This document shows positions 37,999 to 51,864 of a stretch of DNA of 64,000 bases, piece after piece; positions within the stretch are counted from its first letter, which is position 1, and every line of letters begins with the position of its first letter. Location: positions 38,998,001 through 39,062,000 of the forward strand of contig NC_043013.1 in assembly GCF_006345805.1 (NCBI RefSeq), in the 5' to 3' direction. Source of the stretch: Octopus sinensis (Eukaryota). A program made the translations under genes and the position numbers. The notes under the pieces are model-generated. The model saw nothing but the letters and a program-made list of their open reading frames with translations. It had not been told where the DNA came from and did not search any database.

Positions 37999-39245
37999 CC
38001 TCTCCTCTCTATCCCTCACACACACACAGTACATCTGTCCTGATTCAATCCCAGTCTAAAAACTTGATGACAACTAAAGATCAAACAAACAGAATGTAGT
38101 ATAGAGATAAATAATTTTTAATCTCTTAATATGAAAGCAATAACAAGAAAATGATTAATCTTAATCTTAATCCTATAATGCCTGTAGCTCATAATCCTTG
38201 ATGCTTCAAATGCAAAATGTTTTAGAGAGAAAATGACAAGAACCTGAAACCTTGGACAATCTCTAAGGATTCATTTACATATAAACATTATTGCATGCAA
38301 TAAATTATATCTGGCAGTTGTTGCACCTTTTACAGTCATGTTTTTCGATGTGACAAAATTATCTTTTTGTTTTTGCCCCCACCCGTACGTTGTTTAGCTT
38401 CAGCTCAACCCTCAGTGAATAGCCCTACAATTAAAGGATTTTCAACTATCTCCAGTTCATACTTATCGTTTTGTATATTTGGATTCACACTGTCCAAAAT
38501 GATAATATATATCACTTTTGTCATTATTTGTACTTTGTTTGAGTATAATTCAGCCAATGAAAGTTCCAGCGCACCCACATATAAGAGCAATATTTTCAAC
38601 CTGTGCTTTTTACATTTTGATATTTTCATTTGATAAGATGGTTAGTTCTGTTAAGATCCTCAAAACAAATGTAATGAAAAACTCAAAAAATAAATAACTT
38701 GTTTTCTGAAATTATTTCAACAATATGAAACTCTTTTTGATGTTACAGCTTGAATCCAAATTTGTGCCACTTTATGCAATATAATTTAAAACAGAAAAGA
38801 AAAAAGGCAGCAAACAGTTTGGCAAGGACTGCCAAACTGTTTTCCTTTTCCTTTCTGCCTTAGTAGTTACCTAGTGGCTCAAGGGGAAGCCACTTCTAGC
38901 TACTTTAGAAAGGCAGTCACAAAATCACATGTTCAAGTGCAGTTCAAACCAGAATTTTAGTGACATACCAATTTGAGCATTCAGAGTGCATACCTATTTA
39001 TTTGAGTCACCCTTTGAGTCACCCTTTGAGTCACTCTTTGTATCTTTTATACAATATAATTTATCATACAGAGGAGTTATCATACAATAACTCTTGTATT
39101 TTAGATGGTAGATAAAAATTTGAATAAAATTTGGCCACAATTTCCAACAGACATGTCAACCATGAAAATACTCTCTTATTTGAAGTTGAAGGGTTAGAAT
39201 GAGAAATGTTATTGTTTTGAAAAAAAAAATGGCATAAAATTTGAC

Positions 39246-39291
39246 CTGGTAATGCATCTTCTTTTGAGATAATTGTCATAGCTTGTCCCAT
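39246..39291 (-). CDS. MsrA: MsrA coding exon 1 (MGQAMTIISKEDALP-G); the exon probably begins at the acceptor at 39318
   Basis: Resembles the MGNSASNIVSPQEALPG N-terminus of mammalian cytosolic MsrA. 46 nt, ending in phase 1 at CCAG|GTCAAA (weak donor). An upstream pyrimidine tract plus TTCAG acceptor lies at 39319-39321. Confidence 0.8.
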
Positions 39292-39819
39292 GACTGAGGT
39301 GAGAGTAAATCCACTGCGCTGAATAGGTAGAAGTAAGGAATAAAGTGGCAAAAGGAGGGTCCTGGCGTTAGGAAACCTGGTAGAAGAGAAACAAAAGAAC
39401 TATTTACAACAAAGCAGGAAAAGACAAAACAGCCTCAGCTCTTTGTCATTATCTTTATTTAATTAACGACAACTGAACTAACAAACAAGACTCTACACAA
39501 TTGATTCCCAAACTTATTCTATTATGGAATCTGTTATGTCTTCAGGGGATTGAATATCTCATTGCTAATAATGTAATGACAATGTTGAGGTGTGCACAAG
39601 GGTGTACGAATAGTATTAACCAAATAAATATTTGGATATGGTTATCTAGGATAACCTTTTGCAGAATATATATATATATAATATCAATAATAATAAAGGG
39701 TAAAATTAATTAATTAGTGAAATAGTAGTTTAACTGCTATTTCTAAATTTCAGTATGTGGTGAAGCAAATTTTGCTGAACCCTAATTATAACTATACTCA
39801 TGATTATAGAATTTATATA

Positions 39820-39850
<31 letters not shown>

Positions 39851-40124
39851 TCTACCAATTGTTATTCTACCAATTATATACGTTTTTATTATTTTTTTTT
39901 TGCAATTTACTTAATCATTGATATTTTATTATTTTAATTTTAATACTTCTATTATATGTAATTTTCTAGATGGTGTAATTTAATTGTTCATTTTGAATTG
40001 ATAAAAGGGGGGGGGGGGTTCTAATTTTTATATATATATATATATTATATGTATGAAATTTGATTTAGTATTTCTAAATTGAATTTTTTTCCCCTGTAAG
40101 TTTGGATTTATATCCCTCAAATAA

Positions 40125-40211
<87 letters not shown>

Positions 40212-40214
40212 GTC

Positions 40215-40257
<43 letters not shown>

Positions 40258-40269
40258 TATATATATATC

Positions 40270-40347
<78 letters not shown>

Positions 40348-40449
40348 ACATATATATATTATCTATATATATATATATATACATTATATATATATATATA
40401 TATAACATATATATATATATATATATATACATATCTATATTATATATAT

Positions 40450-40488
<39 letters not shown>

Positions 40489-40593
40489 ACTGAGATCTCC
40501 CTTTTAGTAGAAGAAATAGCATAACTCTTGACTGCTATTCTAATTCGGTATGTGTAGGTAATAATTCGTTGCTAAACCCTTTATTGCTAGTAT

Positions 40594-40691
<98 letters not shown>

Positions 40692-41334
40692 TATATATAT
40701 ATATATACATATAATATACACATATATATATATACACACACACACACATATATATATATTTGAAACAAATGAATAATAATAGATGAGTGTACAGGTACTA
40801 ATGCCTTGCAGTTGTTTCTGCCATGAGGCAACAAAAACTTCCATGTTATCTTCATCCCGTCAGTGATATACAGGGCTGAACAGACATTGGACAGGGTTTG
40901 GATAATGGATGTGCCCCAGGCTTCTTCAGAGGGTCCAAATGTTAGGGAACTAACATGTGTGAAAGTCAGTTAAAAGATAGAGTAGGGTAAAATAAAATAA
41001 AATGAAATAATGTGATAGACATAGTAAGGAAAGGTAAGGACTGCAATTAAGGTGTTAATATAATCCATGGTATTCCATCCTGTAGTAAGTAGGTGAAGTC
41101 ACACTCAGGAGGAAATTTCCACAGGTTGCAGTTCACATCATGTTTCCATCATACTGGGAGAAATAGTGAGGGTAGTATGTTATGTGTTGGGTTTAATGGT
41201 TTGGTCCATGTTACAGGGGTTAGAGGTTAGATGCTAATCACTATTTAGTAGATATAGCATTATAAAAGGAATTAGTTTAATATATGAGTATATCATTAAT
41301 GAAAAAAATTGGATGAAATTCTTACAAATAGACA

Positions 41335-41975
41335 TATAAAACTATTACTCTTCAATTAACCCTACTATTTTAAACAGTGCTCTTAATTTTGCCAGGAAAT
41401 TCACTAGTTTAAACACAAGGAAAATAAATATTGTACTTACAGCCCGAAAATCTGTTATCGAATTTGACAACAAACTATGGGCAAGAAATGATGCACCTAA
41501 TCTATTCGATATCACAATGGGCTCAGCAGATTCAGCAGAAGTGACTGACTTAGTAGGAATCTACCTTTAAGACAACATAAACAAGGAATTCTCAGAATTA
41601 AGAGGAGGTCTGTATAGGGACGATGCACTCTTTATAGTTAGAAATCACTTGAATAGACGCCTAGAATTATTAAAGAAACTACTAAGTCCTTCAGTAGATT
41701 TGGTCTTTCTATAACCATAGAAAACGAAAATTACTCAACTACTCAGACATAAACTGCAACTTGAACACCGGACTGCATGAACCGTATAAGAAACAGAACT
41801 CCAACTTAAGGTATATAAATAATTTTAGTAACCATCCTCAACAAATAAAAAGAGCCCTTTTAAGAATTATAAGCAAAACAAACTGAAATCTATCCTCAAA
41901 TGAAAAGATTTTTCATAAGTATAATACAGCACTAAAAACTGCAGAGTATAAGGATAAAATTAAATACTTTCCCCA
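41335..41975 (+). mobile_element. Penelope-like element reverse transcriptase fragment (Naiad/Chlamys-like motifs)
   Basis: NLFDITMGSADSAEVTDLVGIYL*...GGLYRDDALF...PYKKQNSNLRYIN..SNHP, with stops and frameshifts. Confidence 0.8.
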
Positions 41976-41993
41976 TAATAATAGTAGTAGTTA

Positions 41994-42037
<44 letters not shown>

Positions 42038-42217
42038 ATAATAATAATAATAATAATAATAATGATAATAATAACAATGAGAATAATGTGAATACCTATG
42101 ATAATGGAATAAAAATAATGGAATAAAAAACAAATTTATAAATTCTAGTAGCAAAAGCAGATGTAAGAAAGAAAGAAAGAAAGAATAACATAAGAATTTC
42201 TAAGCAGGCACACATCA

Positions 42218-42295
42218 TCAATGTGGTCTAGTGGTTAGTGGTTAGGATTCCTGGCTTTCATCTAGGTGGCCGAAGCTCGATTCCCCGCATGGGAA
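42218..42295 (+). pseudogene. Degenerate tRNA-Glu(TTC)-derived sequence, acting as the head of a SINE-like element running to about 42465
   Basis: TGTGGTCTAGTGGTTA(GTGGTTA)GGATTCCTGGCTTTCATCTAGGTGGCCGAAGCTCGATTCCCCGCATGGGAA closely follows eukaryotic tRNA-Glu, but has a 7-nt duplication and broken stems. Confidence 0.75.
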
Positions 42296-42685
42296 TGGCA
42301 TTACTGTGTCCTCTCTGCTGTGTGGTTGGTGTTAGGAAGGGCATCCAACTGTAAAAACCATGCCAAAACAGACACAGAAGTCTGGTGTAGGCTCAAACCT
42401 GGCCAGCTCATGTCAAACCATCCAACCCATGCCAGCATGGAAGGCGGACGTTAAACAACGATGATGAATGTGAATAAATAAGCATTACATTTGAGAGAAT
42501 AATCTGAAGACTAAAAGATTAAGAAAAGATTAATCTGTATTTCCAAAGATTAGTCAGTCGGCCATGAGATGGAAAAAGCCAACGTAATGGATAAAGAATT
42601 GTTAAAAGCAAAGTTTTAAAATAAATGGAAAGAACTCAAAAGAAATTTACTGTTTGAAGGCCAAAGTTACAAAAATTCTTAAATA

Positions 42686-42997
42686 GGCGTAAGAGTGGCT
42701 GTGTGGTAAGTAGCTTGCTTACGAACCACATAGTTCTGGGTTCAGTCCCACTGCCTGGCACCTTGGGCAAGTGTCTTCTACTATAGCCTTGGGCTGACCA
42801 AAGCCTTGTGAGTGGATTTGGAAGATAGAAACTGAAAGAAGCCCGTTGTATATATGTATATACATATGTGTGCATGTGTATATGTTTGTGTCTGTCTTTG
42901 TCTCCCAACATCGCTTGACAACCAATGCTGGAGTGTTTACTTCTCCGTAACTTAGCAGTTCGGCCATGCTCCAGCATGACTGAAACAAATAAAAGAG
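42686..42997 (+). mobile_element. Family A SINE with an internal deletion
   Basis: Head and tail match the other copies. Confidence 0.8.
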
Positions 42998-43574
42998 TAA
43001 AAGAGAAACAGTAAAGACCAAAATTCAAATGATTTTTAAAAGGTAGGTAGAGTAATATTTGATGTATGGAGTGCAATGCAATTCTAGATTTTGATTTAAA
43101 AAAAAAAAGACCATCAATAGACAGCCATTCATTATAATATCAATTCATGGATCATCCAGTTAAGTTGTGTGATTGAGAAACTTGCTTCACACATGTGGTT
43201 AGAGTTTCTATCTCACTGCATAGCAAACACATACATGGGAGATGAAAATCAAGGGCTGTTCATCCACCACATACGTTTGCTTTCTCGTTGGTAATGCTTT
43301 TTCCTGTGTATATGCATAAAATGTAATTCTTTTCCCAAATAGATTGCACTTCAAATTCTAGGCTCTGATGAAGCTATAAGGTGTCACCCAGACACTCAAT
43401 TATGAGTCCACTATATCTTATAGCAGAAACAGCTGTAACCTAATGAAGTTCATATGATAATCATTTATTCTCTTTTCTCATTTTCTTACATGTATGTATG
43501 TGTGAGTGTGTGTATACATAAATGCATATACATACACACATATGCACACATACATACATACATATATACATACA

Positions 43575-43653
<79 letters not shown>

Positions 43654-44317
43654 AGATAGATAGATAGATAGATATAAACAGGCTTCTTTCAGTTTCCATC
43701 TACAAAATACACTCACATGGATTTAGTTACCCTGTATATATAGTAGAAGACACTTGAGCCCAAGGTTCCTCACAGTGGGACTGAAACCAAACCACTTATT
43801 AACCACATAACCATATCTATGTATGTACTTGGAAATGAGAAATTGCAGAACAGAGATAGGCAGAAATACAGATTTACAGTAAAAACAATACATACAGTGT
43901 ATCTTCCCAAGATGCAAGCAAAGAGCTGGAACTGTAAAGGAAACTAAAATAAAATAGACATACAGCGTGAAATGAACTTTCCTCCACGGCTTAAACAGAC
44001 GAAGCAGCTTGGATTGCTTACTATCAACTTTTTGCTATCAGATGACACTTTCTGACACTTAGCAATTTTATATACATGATACATGTAATTTTATCATCAC
44101 TCTTGTTTTTTATCATCATTGTTGATTTTTATTATCTCGTCACAATCATCGTTGGTCAGCATATTTGCCAAAGTAGAGTGGGGTGAGGAGAGGGAAGAGA
44201 AAGTGGTATGAACAGAATCATTATTGTTATGTAAGAGAACTAAAGCTTACGTAATGTTCTTATTAAGTTTTTTTGTAGGGTAGCAGAATTGTTAGGGCAT
44301 TAGACAAACAAGTTTAA

Positions 44318-44696
44318 CCCTTTCGTTACATATAATTTAGTAAAATAATTTAGTTATCATTCAGCTAGGGTTTAGGAACATGAATTGTGACTAAGGTTTG
44401 ATGGAAGATTTTAATTCAAAACTTATGGAAACAAGGTATTTGTATTACAGGGCCAAAGGTGGTTTCAGTCAGGTTAGTATCAAAAGGGTTAACTTTTTCA
44501 TTACTGTATTTATTTTGAGATACTCTGTGTTTCTTTCAATTAATTTTAAATATAACAAAGAATTTAGTAAAACAACTTAGTTATCGTTCAGCTACTGACT
44601 AAGGCTTGGTGGAAGATTTTAATTCAGAACTTATGAAAACAAGACATTTGTACTACAGAGCCAGAAACAGTTTCAGCCGGGTTGGTAACGAAAGGG
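44318..44696. mobile_element. Tandem pair of piggyBac-type MITEs
   Basis: TTAA|CCCTTTCGTTAC ... GTAACGAAAGGG|TTAA, with an internal GGG|TTAA junction at 44486-44492 separating two similar halves. Confidence 0.75.
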
Positions 44697-45094
44697 TTAA
44701 TGGCTTCAATTCTAACTCTTTACATTCTGATTTCAAATTCTGCCAAGGACAACTTTGCCTTTCATACTTTTGGTGTCAATAAAATAAGTACCAAATGAAC
44801 ATTGGGGGAGGGGGTCAATGTAATCAACTTTTCCCCTCCTCTCAAAACAGCTGACCTTGGTACCTAAATCAGAAATAATAAAGGCTGTGATTTGGCAGTA
44901 TCATTGTTACACTGGAGGAAATACTTAGTGGCATTTCTTACAGTTCGTTCCGAGTTCAAATCCTGCTAGGGTTGACTTTGTCATTCAATCCTTTCAGGGT
45001 CGATAAAATAAGTACCAGTTGAACTCTGGGGTCAATGTAATCGACTTATCACACTCCTTAAAATTGCTGCCCTTGTATCAAAACTAGAAAGTTA

Positions 45095-45104
45095 TTATTA
45101 TTAT

Positions 45105-45151
<47 letters not shown>

Positions 45152-45432
45152 TCATTATTATCATCATAATCATCATCATCATCATCATTATTATTATTAG
45201 TATTATTATTATTATCATTATTATTATCATTATTATCATTATTATTATCATCATTATCATCATTATCATCATCATCATCATTATTATTAGTAGTATTATT
45301 ATTATTATCATTATTATTATCATTATTATCATTATTATTATCATCATTATCATCATTATAATCATCATCATCATTATTATTATTATCATTATTATTATTA
45401 TTATTATCATTATTATTATTATTATTATTATT
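45095..45432. repeat. Compound (ATT/AGT/ATC)n trinucleotide repeat
   Basis: Direct reading; source of the poly-N/D/I ORFs. Confidence 0.97.
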
Positions 45433-45697
45433 GAGTGAGGTACACCAGGAACATGCATCACAAACATGTGCGTGACATGGTGGTGATCCATACATATATG
45501 TAAATAAATACATATGTATATGTGTGTATGTGTCTGTGTTTGTCTTTCACCCACCACTTGACAACTAGTGTTGGTTTGTTTACATCCTCGTAACTAAGCT
45601 GTCAAGCAAAGGAGACTGAAAGCATAAGTACAGCGACCAACTTGATTGTGGTGCCCCAGCATGGCTGCAGTCCAATGACTGAAACAAATAAAAGATT

Positions 45698-45739
<42 letters not shown>

Positions 45740-48489
45740 CCACGCTAATAGCTTAGGAGTGAAATTTAGGATTTCTCGGACATCTATCAATCGATTTTGA
45801 TAAAACTTTTCCAAGCTGGTCTGCACACTATGACAATACCATTGTTATGTCTTCATTATTCCATGTAACATCCTTTCTTTTTTATTTCAGATTCTTCAGT
45901 TTTTGGGTGAACCACGCTAATAGCTTTTGAATGAAAATAGCCCGTCTAGACATCTGTTTTTTCAGAAAATGAAGGGTGATGATGCATATTAAGCATACAT
46001 TGAGTATATATTTAACAGAAAAACATTATAACATTTATTGACGTGAATATGAGTTATTTAGCCACACAAGCACCAAGGAAGAACTGATCCGATTGTGGGA
46101 CCTCCAAGACTGTGACAGCTAGGGATTTAAGGAATATTGACCACAAGTTATGCGGGCAACCTGGACAAACAAGCAATGCCATTTCCATCACCTTTGGACT
46201 TCCACATGTACTGAAAACCATCAGAAATTGCTTCTGTGCGAGAACCCCTGAAACTGCCTCCTTACGGGAGTTTGATGCTTCAATGAATTAAAACTGAATA
46301 ATGACACACACATGCACACCCTCGTTCACCATTCACCATATTCACCCCTCACTGTCATCTCTAACCATCTCTCCCTCTCCTCATACACTCTTGCAACCTT
46401 TACCTATCTTTCCTGATCTGTTGTCCCCATTCTCTCTACCATTCACCTTCTTATAACTTGAAGGTATGCTTTGAGTTCTCATCGCTATTATCTTTATCTT
46501 TCTATCTAGCTCCTTCCCAATTACTCCAACCCACACTTAAATAATCCTTTCTGATTTTGGCACATGGCCAGCAGTTTTGAAGGCAGAGAACGAGTCAATT
46601 ACATTGACCCCAGTACTAGATTGGGACTTTATTTTATCAACCCTGAAAAGAACACAAAGTCAACCTTGGAAATGCAAAGCTGACATTGTATTTTAGCCCC
46701 TGTTTAAATAATGCAGCAACAAATCTGACCCTGTCCCTTTATTATTCCACATCTAGCATAAACCCACCTCTCTCTCTACTATATTCTTTAGAGCCAAAAC
46801 TAAAATAAAAATTCTATACTTCTTGCCATGTCTAATGTGGTCCTTCATATCATTTCTAGGTGACCTTTCACTCTGAGTATTTGGGGTTCATTTTCTACAT
46901 TATATGTGTACATGATCTGTTTGCTTCAGGGACACTTAACCCCAGTAACATAAAATGGAATATTTTACACTTGTTTCGTTATGTTTTATGAGACAGGGGA
47001 GAATAGGAACCCCAACAAAACCGATAACAATACAACTTATAATTATATAGTGTACGAGCAAAACGCCTCCCGTCCAATGGACAGTGCTGAGTTGTCAAAC
47101 ATTTAAACCAAATTTTCTCAAAACAACTTGTCCGACCGTCCCCTTTGAGAAACACTGATTTAACCTAAATTTGAGACACCAGCAAAAGAAGAAATAACGA
47201 TAGACTTTTTTTCTATTCCAAAGAAAAACGATTTTATTCTCACAAATATGCAACCGAAGAGTTTAAAGTACCGGTAATGATAAGGCTGTTGACTGGGAGG
47301 ACACAAACATAGTTTAAATAGTAAGCTTGGCAGGCTTTATCGATCACATTCTCACCTAGAATCAATTTTTGTAATTTTATCAAGACATATACACGCCATG
47401 ATACCATCGGTATCTACATATCAAATTTTAGCGCAATCAGATGGAGGATGCCTAAGATCCTAGAAGACACACAGACAGACAGATTTTATATAATAGATAC
47501 GTGGGATGTAATCTAGAGTAACATGGAAAGAGACAGTGAATGACATAAATGATGTAAGTTATTGCTGTTTAGCCCCAGTACAGTATAGATTGAGAAGATA
47601 TATCATCAAAAGCAATCCAACCATGACCATCCAACATGCAATGAACCAGCGCCACACTATCAAATGTATCTTTTTGTAAAGCAGCAAAGTGTGATTTTGA
47701 GGCAGAATTTGTTGCCATTTGAGGTGGTGAGCTGGTGGAATTGTTAGCACACCAGCATTTCATCTGTTTGCACATTTTGGGTTCAAATTCTGCCGAGGTC
47801 AACTTTGCCTTTCACCTTTTCAGGATCAATAAAATAAGTACCAACTGAACACTGGGGTCAATGTAATCAACTTTCCTCTCCCTTAAAATTGCTGGCCTTG
47901 TACCAGAACTTGAAACCATGTTTAAGCTGGTCAAGCAGAGCACATAGAGGGCACCCACATTGGTTTTGAAGTAGGGTTTGTTATATATATTGCAAGATTT
48001 GATTAAGGTGCTGGCCTTATTGTCACTAAATTTACCATAACAGCTCAGTCATAGGTGAGGATGTCTTCAGCAAGCCCAATACCCTGGCCCCTATCACTAC
48101 AACATGAAGATAATTCCCACCCTTTCTCTCGCCTGTTACCAGAGCTGTCTTTCAACCCCCTAGGAAAGCTATTTAAAGATATGGACACACATACACAGAT
48201 ATATATAAACACATATACATACACACGTGTGAATAAAAAGTAGTTTTTGCTTTCTCTTCTTGATTGTATAGAGAAAGTGTATAGATTTGACAGTCTAAAT
48301 CAGCAGTTCTCAACTGCAGCTGCCAGGGACACATGCAGCTCTCAAGCATCTTTCCAGCAGCCCCTGACAGTCTTCACTCTATAAATATAATATATTTTTC
48401 TATAGCTGACTTGTGTTATACTTTTTGGGGGCAGAACTCTAAAAATATCCATGTTTTGGACCTGGCCCAGATATTCTTTCCTACTCTAT

Positions 48490-48870
48490 GCACAAGTCCC
48501 AAAATTTTTGTGGAGGGGGGGGCAGTCGATTAGATCGCCCACAGTACACAATTGGTATTTATTGACCCCAAAAGGATGAATAGCAAAGTCAACCTCAAAG
48601 TCGGAATTTGAACTCAGAATATGAAGACAGACGAAATACCTAATTCTTTACTACCCACAAGGGGCTAAACACAGAGGGGACAAACAAGGACAGACAAACG
48701 GATTAAGTCAATTACATCGAACCCAGTGCGTAACTGGTACTTAATTTATCGACCCCAAAAGGATGAAAGGCAAAGTCAACCTCAGCGGAATTGGAACTCA
48801 GAATGTGAAGACAGACAAAATACTGCTAAGCATTTCACCCGGTGTGCTAACATTTCTGCCAGCTTGCTGC
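48490..48870 (-). mobile_element. Family B SINE, dimeric body
   Basis: Junction GACGAAATAC|CTAATTCTTTA at about 48630-48650. Confidence 0.82.
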
Positions 48871-49445
48871 CTATCTGGCCCAGATATTAAAAAGGTTGCA
48901 GGCCTCTAAAAACACCCAGGTTTTGGATCTGGTCTGGATATTAAAATGGTTGTGAACCAATGGTCTAAATAGTCTGTAAGTGTAGATTAGATACAGACAA
49001 GTGTACAATTGAAAAAAGTGTGTGTGTGTGTGTGTTTGCATGAGATGTTGAGGTGAGTAAAGTAACATTAGTACCATTTTTTACAGTATTGTAGATATAA
49101 CATTAGAAAGAAGAATAAAGATGTTATGTGAATAGTATGGATCAGGAAGAGGAGGGAGAGGTAGGGAAGGAAGGAGGCAGGGAGGGAGGAAGCTGGAGAA
49201 AGAAAGAAAGAAAGAAGTAAAGAGAAAGGGAGGAAGAAAAAGAGGCAACTTTTATAAAAAAAAAAGGATTTCACAATCACAACATAACTTGAAACTCAAT
49301 CAAATCACAAATTTAAAAATATGGCAAAATGAAAACAGATTCAAATATAAAGTAAAATTCAATGGTTTGAAAGTAAAACAAGTGAATAAGAATATTTGTG
49401 AAAGCAAATTATATAAGTGCACACACACATATGTATAATATATAT

Positions 49446-50717
49446 ATGTGTGTTGGACAAAATAATGGAAACACCTAGCATCATACCATCATAATTTTGA
49501 AATATCTATAAAACCATGAAAAGCTTGTTTATTTTTGTGTTTTTTTGATTTATTATTAGTGCTGCTTTATATGTTTTGCTAAAATTGCAGTTTCTTTGCA
49601 GATATCATCAGAAACAGGTAAGTAAAATTCATTAAAATGACAGATCTATCAGACTTTCAAAGAGGTCAAATTGTCGGTGCTCATATGGCAAGTGCTAGTA
49701 TAATGAAAACAGCTGAAATGTTTGGTGTATCAAGAAGTACTATCTTGAAAGTAATGACAGCCTTTGAGAAAGAGGGAAAAACCTCCTCATTGAAATAAAA
49801 CACTGGAAGGAAACAAAAATTTTCAGATAGGGAAAGTTGGACTCTTACGCAAATTGTTAGGAAGGATCACAAAAGTACAGCTCCCAAAATTACTGCAGAG
49901 CTTAATGACCACCTCGAGAACCCAGTTTCCACAAAAACTGTTTACTGGGAGCCGCACAAAGCTGGATTTCATGGGAGGGCTACAATCAGAAAACCACTAC
50001 TTTCAAAAACAAACGTTGCAAAGCATTTAGAGTGGAATAAAAACATACAGAATTTGTCCCTAGAGCAGTGAAAGAATGTTATTTTCTTGGACAAGTCATC
50101 CTTTACATTATTTCCGACCATTGGCCGAGTATATGTGTGGAGACAGCCAAAAGAAGCATTTGACCCAGACTACCTTCTTCCAACTGTTAAACATGGAGGT
50201 GAATCTGTAATGATCTGAAGGGCTATAGCTTGGAAATCCACCAGCCTAACACTTTCCCTTCAGAGCAAAATTAATAGTCAAAACAATTTAAACATTTTAT
50301 CTGATCAAATTCATCCTAAGGTTGCAAAACTGTTTCTGGAGGGAAATGCAATCTTTCAGGATGATAATGCACCAATTCACACAGCTAAAGTTGTTACTGA
50401 ATGGCACAAGGAACACTCTAATGAAGTTGAACATCTCTAGCCGCGGCAGTCCCCAGATCTCAAAATTATTGAACATTTACGGTGCATTTTAGAAAAATAA
50501 GTAAGGAGTCGATATCCTCCAACATCATCACTACAAGAACTGGAGACTGTTTTAGTTGAAGAATGGACAAAAATTCCTTTGGAAACAATTCAAACTTTGT
50601 ATGAGTCCATACCTCATAGAATTCAAGCTGTAATTACTGCCAAAGGCGATCCTACCCCATATTAAAATAAATATGTTTGAAATTTTAAGGTGTTTCCATT
50701 ATTTTGTCCAACCCCTG
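49446..50717 (+). mobile_element. Near-full-length Tc1-family (DD34E-type) transposon; transposase pseudogene at 49637-50665
   Basis: TIR (CAGGG)GTTGGACAAAATAATGGAAACACCT at both ends, with TA after the right end. Protein reads MTDLSDFQRGQIVGA...IFLDKSSF...TVKHGG...IFQDDNAPIH...QSPDLKIIEHL, with several stops. Confidence 0.93.
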
Positions 50718-50989
50718 TATGTATATGTATGTATGTGTTTGTATGTATATACATGTATATGAGTATATACACACATACATATATATTTATATATATGTAT
50801 GTATGTATGTATGTATATACATGTATATGAGTATATACATACATATATATGTATATATATGTATGTATGTATGTATGCATGCATGTATGTATGTATATAC
50901 ATGTATATGAGTATATACACACATACATACATATATATGTATATATATATATATATATGTATAGATATATATATATGTATATATATATT

Positions 50990-51300
50990 ACTGTGATCAC
51001 CATGACCGACCAGGCTATCAGATGTTGCTACACATCGCTGGTCACAATGCACTTAGCATTGTTTTAGCCTTCGAATGATGCCACCCCACTGGCTAAGCGA
51101 GCAGGCCAACAGAAGAAAGAGTGAGAGAAAGTTGTGGTGAAAGAGTACAGCAGGGATCGCCACCACCCACTGCTGGAGCCTCGTGGAGCTTTAGGTGTTT
51201 TCGCTCAATAAACACTCACAACGCCCAGTCTGAGAATCGAAACCGTGATCCTACGACCGCAAGTCCGCTACTCTAACCACTGGGCCATTGTGCCTCCACA
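50990..51300 (-). mobile_element. Family D SINE (head GGAGGCGCAATGGCCCAGTGGTTAGGGCAGCGG)
   Basis: tRNA-like A/B-box head; several copies in the window. Confidence 0.85.
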
Positions 51301-51406
51301 TGTATATATATGTATGTAATATATATATATGTTGTGTATATATATTATATATATATACATATTATATATATATATACATATATATATACACATACAACAC
51401 ACACAC

Positions 51407-51438
<32 letters not shown>

Positions 51439-51455
51439 GTATATATATATATATA

Positions 51456-51486
<31 letters not shown>

Positions 51487-51508
51487 GTAGATTTATATAT
51501 ATATATTA

Positions 51509-51543
<35 letters not shown>

Positions 51544-51562
51544 GTAGATTTATATATATATA

Positions 51563-51606
<44 letters not shown>

Positions 51607-51611
51607 GATAT

Positions 51612-51653
<42 letters not shown>

Positions 51654-51659
51654 ATATGT

Positions 51660-51750
<91 letters not shown>

Positions 51751-51799
51751 GATATATATATATATATATATAATATATATTATATATATATATATATAT

Positions 51800-51864
<65 letters not shown>

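Noticed and set aside
38367-38633. Overlapping 88-aa and 74-aa ORFs in MsrA intron 1
   Set aside because: No recognisable motif in any frame, no convincing splice signals, and lengths compatible with chance.
39064-39351. 95-aa ORF as a single MsrA-like exon with a hydrophobic leader (MPLYSLLLPIQ)
   Set aside because: It starts at TTG inside the intronic pyrimidine tract, and homology stops at LPG where the donor lies.
42218-42295. Functional tRNA-Glu gene
   Set aside because: A 7-nt duplication in the D-arm and mismatched acceptor and T stems; no oligo-T terminator, and it runs into a SINE tail.
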